The notes below the pieces were generated by a model. The model worked only from the letters and a program-made list of their open reading frames with translations, did no database searches and was not told where the DNA came from. Of a stretch of DNA of 64,000 bases, positions 1 to 9,854 are shown piece after piece; position 1 is the stretch's first letter, and each line of letters opens with the position of its first letter. Both the position numbers and the translations under genes were made by a program. The stretch lies in the NCBI RefSeq assembly GCF_056712565.1, contig NZ_CM160072.1; one strand, written 5' to 3'.

Positions 1-234
1 GGTTATGAGCTGACAGTACTGGCTGCGGTGGTGCTTGGCGGCACTAGTTTGCTCGGCGGGCGCGGCACGTTAACCGGTACTTTGCTCGGCGTGGTGTTGT
101 TGGCAGTGATGCAAAACGGGCTAAATTTATTGGGAGTCTCGTCTTACTGGCAAACATTGATCACCGGCATCATCATCGTTGCCAGCATTAGCGCCACGGC
201 GTGGAGTCAGCATCAGAACCGGAGTCTGCTATGA
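1..234 (+). CDS. ABC transporter permease, C-terminal fragment (CUT2 / RbsC-LsrC-like); gene begins upstream of window
   Basis: Frame open from base 1 to stop at 234; C-terminal motif GGTSLLGGRGTLTGTLLGVVLL...NGLNLLGVSSYWQ typical of monosaccharide-type ABC permeases; overlaps start of next permease gene. Confidence 0.6.
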   Translation, partial: GYELTVLAAVVLGGTSLLGGRGTLTGTLLGVVLLAVMQNGLNLLGVSSYWQTLITGIIIVASISATAWSQHQNRSLL

Positions 235-1187
235 AAAAATCGTGGCGTAATAACGTTGAGTTTTACTTGATCGGCCTGCTGGTGCTAACTGTTGCCGCCT
301 TCAGCATTACTATGCCGGAGATTTTCTGGTCGATAAGTAATTTCCAGTCCGTCGCTTCGCAAATGCCCGTGCTGGGCATTCTGGCGTTGGCTATGGCGGT
401 GACCATGCTTTGCGGTGGCATTAACTTGTCAATTATAGCCACTGCTAACGCCTGTTCACTGGTGATGGCGTGGGTGGCGACTCAGTATCCACCAGGTATT
501 GCTACGGTTGTCGCTACGCTGCTGGCGGGCGCTGGCGCGGCGGTGATAATCGGTTTATGTAACGGCGTATTGATTGCTGGTATTCGAGTGTCGCCAATTC
601 TTGCAACACTTGGGATGATGACGTTGCTCAAAGGGGTTAATATTCTGGTGACAGGCGGTAGCGCCATTGCCAATTATCCCTCATGGGTGCTGTGGTTGAA
701 TCATGCACAGTGGTTCGGTATTCCGCTACCGATGTGGTTGTTTACCGCAGTGGCGCTGGGGCTGTGGATATTGCTGGAGAAAACGCCGCTCGGTAAATCC
801 ATTTATCTGATTGGTTCTAACGAACGAGCAACACTTTACTCCGGTATTAACACTCGTCGGGTGCTGATATGGGTGTATGTCATTTCCGCCTTGCTTTGTG
901 CGGTAGCGGCATTTTTGATGATGTCGAAACTCAACTCGGCTAAGGCCTCTTATGGCGAATCTTACTTGCTGGTGTCAATCCTCGCGGCAGTACTCGGCGG
1001 GGTTAATCCGGACGGCGGCAGCGGGCGGATAATTGGTATGGTGCTGGCGCTGTTTCTTCTGCAAATTATTGAAAGCGGCTTCAATATTCTCGGTATAAGC
1101 CCCTACCTGACGATGGCCTTATGGGGAACGTTGCTGCTCTGTTTCATTCAGGCTCGCGGCATGTTAGGGCTGGATCGGGTGGTTTAA
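201..1187 (+). CDS. ABC transporter permease (CUT2 family, LsrD/RbsC-like)
   Basis: 328-aa hydrophobic ORF; motifs IGSNERATLYSGINTRRV and VLGGVNPDGGSGRIIG resemble the conserved loop and C-terminal region of ribose/AI-2 type permeases; 34-bp overlap with upstream permease suggests operon. Confidence 0.65.
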   Translation: MESASEPESAMKKSWRNNVEFYLIGLLVLTVAAFSITMPEIFWSISNFQSVASQMPVLGILALAMAVTMLCGGINLSIIATANACSLVMAWVATQYPPGIATVVATLLAGAGAAVIIGLCNGVLIAGIRVSPILATLGMMTLLKGVNILVTGGSAIANYPSWVLWLNHAQWFGIPLPMWLFTAVALGLWILLEKTPLGKSIYLIGSNERATLYSGINTRRVLIWVYVISALLCAVAAFLMMSKLNSAKASYGESYLLVSILAAVLGGVNPDGGSGRIIGMVLALFLLQIIESGFNILGISPYLTMALWGTLLLCFIQARGMLGLDRVV

Positions 1188-1273
1188 ATATTGGCTATAT
1201 TCAATGGACGCGTTTTGCCGCGATGACATATCAGGCATCGCCAAATACACATAGCTAATCAGGAGTAAACACA

Positions 1274-2323
1274 ATGAAGATCAAAGCTGTTGGTGCATAT
1301 TCCGCTAAACAACCGCTTGAACCGATGGATATCACCCGGCGTGAACCGGGACCGCATGATGTCAAAATTGAAATCGCTTACTGTGGCGTCTGCCATTCCG
1401 ATATCCACCAGGTCCGTTCCGAGTGGGCGGGGACGGTTTATCCCTGCGTGCCGGGCCATGAAATTGTAGGGCGCGTGGTAGCCGTTGGTGATCAGGTAGA
1501 AAAATATGCGCCGGGCGATCTGGTTGGTGTCGGCTGCATTGTCGACAGTTGTAAACATTGCGAAGAGTGTGAAGATGGGCTGGAAAACTACTGTGATCAC
1601 ATGACCGGAACCTATAACTCGCCGACACCGGATGAACCGGGCCATACTCTGGGCGGCTACTCACAACAGATCGTCGTTCATGAGCGATATGTTCTGCGTA
1701 TTCGTCACCCGCAAGAGCAGCTGGCGGCGGTGGCTCCTTTATTGTGTGCAGGAATCACCACGTACTCGCCGCTACGCCACTGGCTGGCCGGGCCGGGTAA
1801 AAAAGTGGGCGTGGTCGGCATCGGCGGTCTGGGACATATGGGGATTAAACTGGCCCACGCGATGGGGGCGCATGTGGTGGCATTTACCACTTCTGAGTCA
1901 AAACGCGAAGCGGCAAAAGCCCTGGGGGCCGATGAAGTTGTTAACTCACGCAATGCCGATGAGATGGTGGCTCATGTGAAGAGTTTCGATTTCATTTTGA
2001 ATACAGTAGCTGCGCCACATAATCTCGACGATTTTACCACCTTGCTGAAGCGCGATGGCACCATAACGCTGGTTGGTGCGCCTGCGACACCGCATAAATC
2101 GCCGGAAGTTTTCAACCTGATCATGAAACGCCGCGCGATAGCTGGTTCTATGATTGGCGGCATTCCAGAAACTCAGGAGATGCTCGATTTTTGCGCCGAA
2201 CATGGCATCGTGGCTGATATAGAGATGATTCGGGCCGATCAAATTAATGAAGCCTATGAGCGAATGCTGCGTGGTGATGTGAAATATCGTTTTGTTATCG
2301 ATAATCGCACACTAACAGACTGA
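1274..2323 (+). CDS. yahK: NADPH-dependent aldehyde reductase, Zn-dependent alcohol dehydrogenase family
   Basis: 349-aa ORF; GHEIVGRVVAVG zinc-ADH signature, structural-zinc Cys cluster CKHCEECEDGLENYC, Rossmann GVVGIGGLGHMG; RBS aggag 8 bp upstream. Confidence 0.85.
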   Translation: MKIKAVGAYSAKQPLEPMDITRREPGPHDVKIEIAYCGVCHSDIHQVRSEWAGTVYPCVPGHEIVGRVVAVGDQVEKYAPGDLVGVGCIVDSCKHCEECEDGLENYCDHMTGTYNSPTPDEPGHTLGGYSQQIVVHERYVLRIRHPQEQLAAVAPLLCAGITTYSPLRHWLAGPGKKVGVVGIGGLGHMGIKLAHAMGAHVVAFTTSESKREAAKALGADEVVNSRNADEMVAHVKSFDFILNTVAAPHNLDDFTTLLKRDGTITLVGAPATPHKSPEVFNLIMKRRAIAGSMIGGIPETQEMLDFCAEHGIVADIEMIRADQINEAYERMLRGDVKYRFVIDNRTLTD

Positions 2324-2360
2324 AAAAATTAATAAACATCCTGTGGTTTAACATATTAAC

Positions 2361-2396
2361 TTCGCTCCACTTAACTTTTTAGTTAAGGAGAGCGAA
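2361..2396 (+). terminator. Imperfect 16-bp inverted repeat hairpin downstream of yahK (possible terminator)
   Basis: ttcgctccacttaact / tttt / agttaaggagagcgaa, 14 of 16 positions complementary; no clean U-run after stem. Confidence 0.3.
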
Positions 2397-2758
2397 ATAA
2401 TATCAAAGTAGTGGTAAACCTATAGCGTAAATTCAGATTGTTAAATTAACTCCACTACTTTACACGTTAGTTATGAGCGATTTCTGATAGTGTCTGGTTT
2501 AATCAGAGCTTTATTATCTGCGACGTTTATTTTTATTTAAGAGAGCCACCTGCAAGTTGTTATTCCACCAGAGAGTGAATCGCAAAGCAGGTCATCATTT
2601 CATCTGTATATCTGTATGCCAAATGGCATTCCCCCTCCTTTTTCGCCGATATTTTGTTGTGAACGGCGGAGTTTCGCTTAAAAAAGCACCAGTAGTGGTT
2701 TCGCAGCTATATGGTGTATAAAAAATGTTCTCATACAGATGTTTTGTGAATGTGTGGG

Positions 2759-2787
2759 TTGACATTCATATGAAAAAAATCATAATT
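2759..2787 (+). promoter_or_regulatory. Sigma70-like promoter (TTGACA, 16-bp spacer, CATAAT) facing yahM
   Basis: ttgaca at 2759-2764 and cataat at 2781-2786 in AT-rich intergenic DNA. Confidence 0.3.
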
Positions 2788-2944
2788 CCATCATGTTTGT
2801 GTGGGGTCTTTTCTGTATCTTACGCATCGCACTCAAGCCTGACAGAAAATATGCTGTAAGGCTCATATCAAAAACCGCCATTAGCTCATCAGGAAGAGCA
2901 GACGACAACCAGGATTGTTGTATGGTACGGGGTTCGAGGCCTCG

Positions 2945-3190
2945 ATGGCGGTCCAACTTTTCAAAACTCTTCTGAATCAGATCCCCTTATTTTCATCCCT
3001 GCAAAGTGGAACATTGCCATTGTTTGGCTATTCAGGACGGGTCAGAGCAATGAAAAAAGCCCACACAGGGGAGAGTGGGCTGAAATGGGAAGCTAAAGAC
3101 TCAAGTAAACTTATCGGAAATAAGGACCACGCATTACGGGGGCTATCATCGCCGATGGTCGGGATTCGGCAAATCAGGTTGATTACGTAG
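2945..3190 (+). CDS. yahM: Small hypothetical protein (81 aa)
   Basis: ATG at 2945 inside a longer TTG-initiated ORF; ends 17 bp before convergent yahN stop, matching the K-12 arrangement as I recall it. Confidence 0.35.
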   Translation: MAVQLFKTLLNQIPLFSSLQSGTLPLFGYSGRVRAMKKAHTGESGLKWEAKDSSKLIGNKDHALRGLSSPMVGIRQIRLIT

Positions 3191-3206
3191 AGAGTAAATT
3201 ATCTGC

Positions 3207-3878
3207 TCACCGCTGCGTCACCCCTTCGTAAATCAGGCGTAGCGCGAATACACCAATAATTGCACCAATAACCCGACTGGCAACGCGTTGCATACGCCCA
3301 TAAGCACGACGCACTGCGGGCAAAGAAAACGCCTGACTAAGAAAGACTCGCCAGATAATTGATGCGAGCACAATCCCCGCCCAGGCCATTAAACGTGCCC
3401 ATGTTGGTGTTTCGGCATTTAATGTTACTGAGAAAATACTGATAAAAAATAAAACGGTTTGCGGGTTAGAGAGATCGGTAATTAATCCACGGCGGAAAAA
3501 GACATACCAGGGGGCACTAATCGGTTGTTGTAGTGTGCTCATCTGCGGTGTTGACTGGCGGCGCATGCTACACCACGCAAACCATAAGAGATAAGCGCCG
3601 CCGACGATTCTGATAAGCGAAAAAATCTCCTCACACTGCGTAATTAGCGTTGCAAGACCAAACAAACCCAACCCGGAATAAAACGCATCGCCCAGCGCCA
3701 CGCCCAGTCCGGTCAGCACCCCTGCGCGTCGACCGGAAGCCAGGCTGGTTTGTACTACCACAAAGAGATTGGCTCCCGGATTAAAAAAAGTAATCACGAA
3801 CAGTCCTACGGTCAGATAAACGGCGTGCAAAGGATCCATAGTGATTTCATCCATAAATAAGTGAAGTAACTTCATCAT
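3207..3878 (-). CDS. yahN: LysE/RhtB-family amino acid exporter
   Basis: 223-aa multi-TM ORF, minus strand; size and position match yahN. Confidence 0.75.
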   Translation of the reverse strand: MMKLLHLFMDEITMDPLHAVYLTVGLFVITFFNPGANLFVVVQTSLASGRRAGVLTGLGVALGDAFYSGLGLFGLATLITQCEEIFSLIRIVGGAYLLWFAWCSMRRQSTPQMSTLQQPISAPWYVFFRRGLITDLSNPQTVLFFISIFSVTLNAETPTWARLMAWAGIVLASIIWRVFLSQAFSLPAVRRAYGRMQRVASRVIGAIIGVFALRLIYEGVTQR

Positions 3879-4024
3879 ATTTCTACCAAAAATAATCGGG
3901 TGCGAGAGAGATCACAAAGTGTCTTATTTCCGGTTACTGGCGTTTATGCCCTGACTGAACTAATTATTAATCAACCCAATAATGTGGGTGGGTGATAGTG
4001 TGATAACAACTCTGGAGCCGTAAT

Positions 4025-4300
4025 ATGAAAATAATCTCTAAAATGTTAGTCGGTGCGTTAGCGTTTGCCGTTACCAATGTCTATGCCGCAGAATTAATGA
4101 CCAAAGCGGAATTTGAAAAGGTTGAATCGCAATATGAAAAAATAGGTGATATTTCAACCAGCAATGAAATGTCGACCGCAGATGCGAAAGAAGATTTGAT
4201 CAAAAAAGCGGATGAAAAAGGGGCTGATGTGTTGGTGCTGACCTCTGGTCAAACTGACAATAAGATTCACGGCACGGCAAATATTTATAAGAAGAAGTAA
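4025..4300 (+). CDS. yahO: Small periplasmic protein (DUF1471/YdgH-BhsA family)
   Basis: 91-aa ORF with signal peptide [21 protein letters not shown] and lysine-rich mature part. Confidence 0.7.
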   Translation: MKIISKMLVGALAFAVTNVYAAELMTKAEFEKVESQYEKIGDISTSNEMSTADAKEDLIKKADEKGADVLVLTSGQTDNKIHGTANIYKKK

Positions 4301-4400
4301 TTCTGAAACCTATGTAAACATCCCCGATGCGTAAGTTTATCGGTGATCATCATCTATTGAAATTTATGCCGGATAAAGCGTTCGCGCTGCATTCGGCAGT

Positions 4401-5987
4401 TCAGTTTTTCAGCCGCCGCCAGAAGGTCGTCCGGCTTATGCCTAAATAATTCGCCGCTGCTGTTTTATCGCCTTTAAATTTCTCCAGTGCCTGTTGTGGT
4501 GTCAGCAAGCGTGGAGCGGGAGTTTTCGCTGACTCGCGCGCCAGCTCCGGCAGTAGCAGCTGCAAAAATTGCGGCGTTAAATCCGGCGTCGGTTCCACAC
4601 TTAAAAACAGCGCCAGTCGCTCCATCATATTGCGCAGTTCACGAATATTGCCCGGCCAGTCGTAGTGCACCAGCACGGTTTCGCTTGCCTGTAATCCCTG
4701 GCGTAATGCGGCAGAAAACGGGGCGGAGAGCGCCGCCAGAGACACTTTCAAAAAGCTTTCCGCCAGCGGCAGAATATCCGTCACCCGCTCGCGCAGTGGT
4801 GGCAATTGCAGACGCAAAATACTCAGCCGATAAAACAGATCACGGCGAAACTGCCCTTGCCGCATATCTTCTTCCAGATTGCAGTGAGTGGCGCTAATGA
4901 CTCGCACATCCACCGGAACAGGCTGATGCCCGCCGACGCGGGTGACCTCTTTTTCTTCCAGCACCCGCAGCAGCCGAGTCTGCAACGGCAGCGGCATTTC
5001 GCCTATCTCGTCAAGAAACAGCGTGCCACCGTGGGCGATTTCGAACAGCCCGGCGCGACCTCCGCGTCGCGAGCCGGTGAACGCCCCTTCCTCATAGCCA
5101 AACAGCTCTGCTTCCAGCAACGATTCGGCAATCGCCCCGCAGTTGACGGCAACAAACGGATGCGACTTTTTGCCCTGTCGCGCATCGTGGCGGGCAAAAT
5201 ATTCCCGATGAATCGCCTGGGCCGCCAGCTCTTTGCCCGTCCCCGTTTCCCCCTCAATCAACACCGCTGCACTGGAGCGGGCATACAGCAAAATAGTCTG
5301 CCGCACCTGTTCCATCTGTGGTGATTGACCGAGCATATCGCCCAGCACGTAACGAGTACGCAGGGCGTTACGGGTGGCATCGTGAGTGTTATGGCGTAAC
5401 GACATGCGCGTCATATCCAGCGCATCGCTGAATGCCTGGCGCACGGTGGCGGCGGAATAGATAAAAATTCCGGTCATTCCGGCTTCTTCTGCCAGATCGG
5501 TAATCAGCCCCGCACCGACCACCGCTTCGGTGCCGTTAGCTTTTAGCTCGTTAATCTGCCCGCGTGCGTCTTCCTCGGTAATGTAGCTACGTTGATCGAG
5601 GCGCAAATTAAAGGTTTTTTGAAACGCCACCAGTGCCGGAATAGTTTCCTGATAAGTGACAACGCCGATAGAAGAGGTGAGTTTTCCGGCTTTTGCCAGT
5701 GCCTGTAACACATCGTAGCCGCTCGGTTTAATCAAAATAACTGGCACTGACAGGCGGCTTTTCAGATACGCGCCGTTAGAGCCAGCGGCAATGATGGCGT
5801 CACAGCGTTCGCTTGCCAGTTTCTTGCGGATGTAGGTCACCGCTTTTTCAAAGCCAAGCTGAATAGGGGTGATATTCGCCAGGTGATCAAACTCGAGACT
5901 GATATCGCGAAACAGCTCGAACAGGCGCGTTACCGATACCGTCCAGATAACCGGTTTGTCGTCATTAAGCCGTGGTGGATGTGCCAT
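4401..5987 (-). CDS. prpR: Sigma54-dependent transcriptional activator of the propionate operon
   Basis: Start taken at [10 protein letters not shown] (ORF track begins 4 codons earlier); AAA+ sigma54-interaction motifs GETGTGKE and GAFTGS, C-terminal HTH; divergent from prpB. Confidence 0.9.
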   Translation of the reverse strand: MAHPPRLNDDKPVIWTVSVTRLFELFRDISLEFDHLANITPIQLGFEKAVTYIRKKLASERCDAIIAAGSNGAYLKSRLSVPVILIKPSGYDVLQALAKAGKLTSSIGVVTYQETIPALVAFQKTFNLRLDQRSYITEEDARGQINELKANGTEAVVGAGLITDLAEEAGMTGIFIYSAATVRQAFSDALDMTRMSLRHNTHDATRNALRTRYVLGDMLGQSPQMEQVRQTILLYARSSAAVLIEGETGTGKELAAQAIHREYFARHDARQGKKSHPFVAVNCGAIAESLLEAELFGYEEGAFTGSRRGGRAGLFEIAHGGTLFLDEIGEMPLPLQTRLLRVLEEKEVTRVGGHQPVPVDVRVISATHCNLEEDMRQGQFRRDLFYRLSILRLQLPPLRERVTDILPLAESFLKVSLAALSAPFSAALRQGLQASETVLVHYDWPGNIRELRNMMERLALFLSVEPTPDLTPQFLQLLLPELARESAKTPAPRLLTPQQALEKFKGDKTAAANYLGISRTTFWRRLKN

Positions 5988-6030
5988 AGCGCACCGCAAA
6001 GTTAAGAAACCGAATATTGGGTTTAGCCTT

Positions 6031-6088
6031 GTTTCATAATTGTTGCAATGAAACGCGGTGAAACATTGCCTGAAACGTTAACTGAAAC
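6031..6088 (+). promoter_or_regulatory. Array of TGAAAC hexamers (one inverted, four direct at about 10-12 bp spacing); candidate PrpR enhancer
   Basis: gtttca at 6031 then tgaaac at 6049, 6059, 6071 and 6083, located 80-130 bp upstream of the sigma54 promoter. Confidence 0.35.
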
Positions 6089-6163
6089 GCATTTTTGCGG
6101 ATTACTTCATGACTTTATCTCTAACAAATTGAAATTAAACATTTAATTTTATTCAGTCAATTG

Positions 6164-6178
6164 TGGCACACCCCTTGC
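6164..6178 (+). promoter_or_regulatory. Sigma54 (-24/-12) promoter of prpBCDE
   Basis: TGGCAC-N5-TTGC (tggcacaccccttgc), 48 bp upstream of prpB ATG; fits the sigma54 consensus and PrpR being an enhancer-binding protein. Confidence 0.7.
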
Positions 6179-6225
6179 TTTGTCTTTATCAACGCAAATA
6201 ACAAGTTGATAACAAAGGATGGGCT

Positions 6226-7116
6226 ATGTCTCTACACTCTCCAGGTAAAGCGTTTCGCGCTGCACTGTCTAAAGAAAATCCATTGCAGATTGTTGGCACC
6301 ATTAACGCCAACCATGCGCTGTTGGCGCAGCGTGCCGGATATCAGGCAATTTATCTCTCCGGCGGTGGCGTGGCGGCAGGGTCGCTGGGGCTGCCCGATC
6401 TCGGTATTTCTACTCTTGATGACGTGCTGACAGATATTCGCCGTATCACCGACGTTTGTTCGCTGCCGCTGCTGGTGGATGCGGATATCGGTTTTGGTTC
6501 TTCTGCTTTTAACGTGGCGCGCACCGTGAAATCGATGATTAAAGCCGGTGCGGCAGGATTGCATATTGAAGATCAGGTTGGTGCGAAACGCTGCGGTCAT
6601 CGCCCGAACAAAGCGATCGTCTCGAAAGAGGAGATGGTGGATCGGATCCGCGCGGCGGTGGATGCGAAAACCGATCCTGATTTTGTGATCATGGCGCGCA
6701 CCGATGCGCTGGCGGTAGAGGGGCTGGACGCCGCGATCGAGCGTGCGCAGGCCTATGTTGAAGCGGGTGCCGAGATGTTGTTCCCGGAGGCGATTACCGA
6801 ACTCGCCATGTACCGCCAGTTTGCCGATGCGGTGCAGGTGCCGATCCTCGCTAACATTACCGAATTTGGTGCCACGCCGCTGTTTACTACCGATGAATTA
6901 CGCAGTGCCCATGTTGCAATGGCGCTGTACCCGCTTTCAGCGTTCCGTGCCATGAACCGCGCCGCTGAACATGTCTACAACGTCCTGCGTCAGGAAGGCA
7001 CGCAGAAAAGCGTCATCGACACCATGCAGACCCGCAACGAGCTGTACGAAAGCATCAACTACTACCAGTACGAAGAGAAGCTCGACGACCTGTTTGCCCG
7101 TAACCAGGCGAAATAA
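6226..7116 (+). CDS. prpB: 2-methylisocitrate lyase
   Basis: 296-aa ORF, isocitrate lyase/PEP mutase family; first gene of prp operon. Confidence 0.92.
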   Translation: MSLHSPGKAFRAALSKENPLQIVGTINANHALLAQRAGYQAIYLSGGGVAAGSLGLPDLGISTLDDVLTDIRRITDVCSLPLLVDADIGFGSSAFNVARTVKSMIKAGAAGLHIEDQVGAKRCGHRPNKAIVSKEEMVDRIRAAVDAKTDPDFVIMARTDALAVEGLDAAIERAQAYVEAGAEMLFPEAITELAMYRQFADAVQVPILANITEFGATPLFTTDELRSAHVAMALYPLSAFRAMNRAAEHVYNVLRQEGTQKSVIDTMQTRNELYESINYYQYEEKLDDLFARNQAK

Positions 7117-7160
7117 AACACAACGAAAAATATCTCGACCCTACAAATGACGAGGACAAC

Positions 7161-8330
7161 ATGAGCGACACAACGATCCTGCAAAACAGTACCCATGTCA
7201 TTAAACCGAAAAAATCGGTGGCGCTTTCTGGCGTTCCGGCGGGCAATACGGCGCTCTGCACCGTGGGTAAAAGTGGCAATGACTTGCATTACCGTGGCTA
7301 CGATATTCTTGATCTGGCGGCACATTGCGAATTTGAAGAAGTGGCGCATCTGCTGATCCACGGCAAACTGCCGACCCGTGACGAACTTGCCGCCTACAAA
7401 ACGAAACTGAAAGCCCTGCGCGGTTTACCGGCTAACGTGCGTACTGTGCTGGAAGCCTTACCAGCGGCGTCGCACCCGATGGATGTTATGCGCACCGGCG
7501 TTTCCGCGCTCGGCTGCACACTGCCGGAAAAAGAGGGGCACACTGTATCTGGTGCGCGGGATATTGCCGACAAACTGCTGGCGTCACTTAGCTCGATTCT
7601 TCTCTACTGGTATCACTACAGCCATAACGGCGAACGCATCCAGCCGGAAACTGATGACGACTCTATCGGCGGTCACTTCCTGCATCTGCTGCACGGCGAA
7701 AAGCCGTCGCCAAGCTGGGAAAAGGCGATGCATATCTCGCTGGTGCTGTACGCCGAACACGAGTTTAACGCTTCCACCTTTACCAGCCGGGTGATTGCGG
7801 GCACTGGCTCTGATATGTATTCCGCGATTATTGGCGCGATTGGCGCACTGCGCGGACCGAAACACGGCGGGGCGAATGAAGTGTCGCTGGAGATCCAGCA
7901 ACGCTACGAAACGCCGGACGAAGCCGAAGCAGATATCCGCAAGCGGGTGGAAAACAAAGAAGTGGTCATTGGTTTTGGGCATCCGGTTTATACCATCGCC
8001 GACCCGCGCCACCAGGTGATCAAACGCGTGGCAAAGCAGCTCTCGCAGGAAGGCGGCTCGCTGAAGATGTACAACATCGCCGATCGCCTGGAAACAGTGA
8101 TGTGGGAGAGCAAAAAGATGTTCCCCAATCTCGACTGGTTCTCCGCTGTTTCCTACAACATGATGGGTGTTCCCACCGAGATGTTCACACCACTGTTTGT
8201 TATCGCCCGCGTCACCGGCTGGGCGGCGCACATTATCGAACAACGTCAGGACAACAAAATTATCCGTCCTTCCGCCAATTATGTTGGACCGGAAGACCGC
8301 CAGTTTGTCGCGCTGGATAAGCGCCAGTAA
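7161..8330 (+). CDS. prpC: 2-methylcitrate synthase
   Basis: 389-aa ORF, citrate synthase family (GFGHPVY motif). Confidence 0.92.
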   Translation: MSDTTILQNSTHVIKPKKSVALSGVPAGNTALCTVGKSGNDLHYRGYDILDLAAHCEFEEVAHLLIHGKLPTRDELAAYKTKLKALRGLPANVRTVLEALPAASHPMDVMRTGVSALGCTLPEKEGHTVSGARDIADKLLASLSSILLYWYHYSHNGERIQPETDDDSIGGHFLHLLHGEKPSPSWEKAMHISLVLYAEHEFNASTFTSRVIAGTGSDMYSAIIGAIGALRGPKHGGANEVSLEIQQRYETPDEAEADIRKRVENKEVVIGFGHPVYTIADPRHQVIKRVAKQLSQEGGSLKMYNIADRLETVMWESKKMFPNLDWFSAVSYNMMGVPTEMFTPLFVIARVTGWAAHIIEQRQDNKIIRPSANYVGPEDRQFVALDKRQ

Positions 8331-8363
8331 ACCTCTACGAATAACAATAAGGAAACGTACCCA

Positions 8364-9815
8364 ATGTCAGCTCAAATCAACAACATTCGCCCGGAATTTG
8401 ATCGTGAAATCGTTGATATCGTCGATTACGTGATGAACTACGAAATCAGCTCCAGAGTAGCCTACGACACCGCACATTACTGCCTGCTCGACACGCTCGG
8501 CTGCGGTCTTGAAGCTCTCGAATACCCAGCCTGTAAAAAACTGCTGGGGCCAATTGTCCCCGGCACCGTCGTCCCCAACGGCGTGCGCGTCCCCGGAACT
8601 CAGTTCCAGCTCGACCCCGTCCAGGCGGCATTTAACATCGGCGCGATGATCCGCTGGCTCGATTTCAACGATACCTGGCTGGCGGCGGAGTGGGGGCATC
8701 CTTCCGACAACCTCGGCGGCATTCTGGCAACGGCGGACTGGCTTTCGCGCAACGCGATCGCCAGCGGCAAAGCGCCGTTGACCATGAAACAGGTGCTGAC
8801 CGGAATGATCAAAGCCCATGAAATTCAGGGCTGCATCGCGCTGGAAAACTCCTTTAACCGCGTTGGTCTCGACCACGTTCTGTTAGTGAAAGTGGCTTCC
8901 ACCGCCGTGGTCGCCGAAATGCTCGGCCTGACCCGCGAGGAAATTCTCAACGCCGTTTCGCTGGCATGGGTAGACGGACAGTCGCTGCGCACTTATCGTC
9001 ATGCACCGAACACCGGTACGCGTAAATCCTGGGCGGCGGGCGATGCCACGTCCCGCGCGGTACGTCTGGCGCTGATGGCGAAAACGGGCGAAATGGGTTA
9101 CCCGTCAGCTCTGACCGCGCCGGTGTGGGGTTTCTACGACGTCTCCTTTAAAGGTGAGTCGTTCCGCTTCCAGCGCCCGTACGGTTCTTACGTCATGGAA
9201 AATGTGCTGTTCAAAATCTCCTTTCCGGCGGAGTTCCACTCCCAGACGGCAGTTGAAGCAGCGATGACGCTCTATGAACAGATGCAGGCAGCAGGCAAAA
9301 CGGCGGCGGATATCGAAAAAGTGACCATTCGCACCCACGAAGCCTGTATTCGCATCATCGACAAAAAAGGGCCGCTCAATAACCCGGCTGACCGCGACCA
9401 CTGCATTCAGTACATGGTGGCGATCCCGCTGCTGTTCGGGCGCTTAACGGCGGCAGATTACGAGGACAACGTTGCGCAAGATAAACGCATTGACGCCCTG
9501 CGCGAGAAGATCAATTGCTTTGAAGATCCGGCATTTACTGCTGACTACCACGACCCGGAAAAACGCGCCATCGCCAATGCCATTACCCTTGAGTTCACCG
9601 ACGGCACGCGCTTTGAAGAAGTGGTGGTGGAGTACCCCATTGGTCATGCTCGCCGCCGTCAGGATGGCATTCCGAAACTGGTCGATAAATTCAAAATCAA
9701 TCTCGCGCGCCAGTTCCCGACTCGCCAGCAGCAGCGCATTCTGGAGGTTTCTCTCGACAGAACTCGCCTGGAACAGATGCCGGTCAATGAGTATCTCGAC
9801 CTGTACGTCATTTAA
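8364..9815 (+). CDS. prpD: 2-methylcitrate dehydratase
   Basis: 483-aa ORF, MmgE/PrpD family; operon context. Confidence 0.92.
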   Translation: MSAQINNIRPEFDREIVDIVDYVMNYEISSRVAYDTAHYCLLDTLGCGLEALEYPACKKLLGPIVPGTVVPNGVRVPGTQFQLDPVQAAFNIGAMIRWLDFNDTWLAAEWGHPSDNLGGILATADWLSRNAIASGKAPLTMKQVLTGMIKAHEIQGCIALENSFNRVGLDHVLLVKVASTAVVAEMLGLTREEILNAVSLAWVDGQSLRTYRHAPNTGTRKSWAAGDATSRAVRLALMAKTGEMGYPSALTAPVWGFYDVSFKGESFRFQRPYGSYVMENVLFKISFPAEFHSQTAVEAAMTLYEQMQAAGKTAADIEKVTIRTHEACIRIIDKKGPLNNPADRDHCIQYMVAIPLLFGRLTAADYEDNVAQDKRIDALREKINCFEDPAFTADYHDPEKRAIANAITLEFTDGTRFEEVVVEYPIGHARRRQDGIPKLVDKFKINLARQFPTRQQQRILEVSLDRTRLEQMPVNEYLDLYVI

Positions 9816-9854
9816 GTAAACGGCGGTAAGGCGTAAGTTCAACAGGAGAGCATT

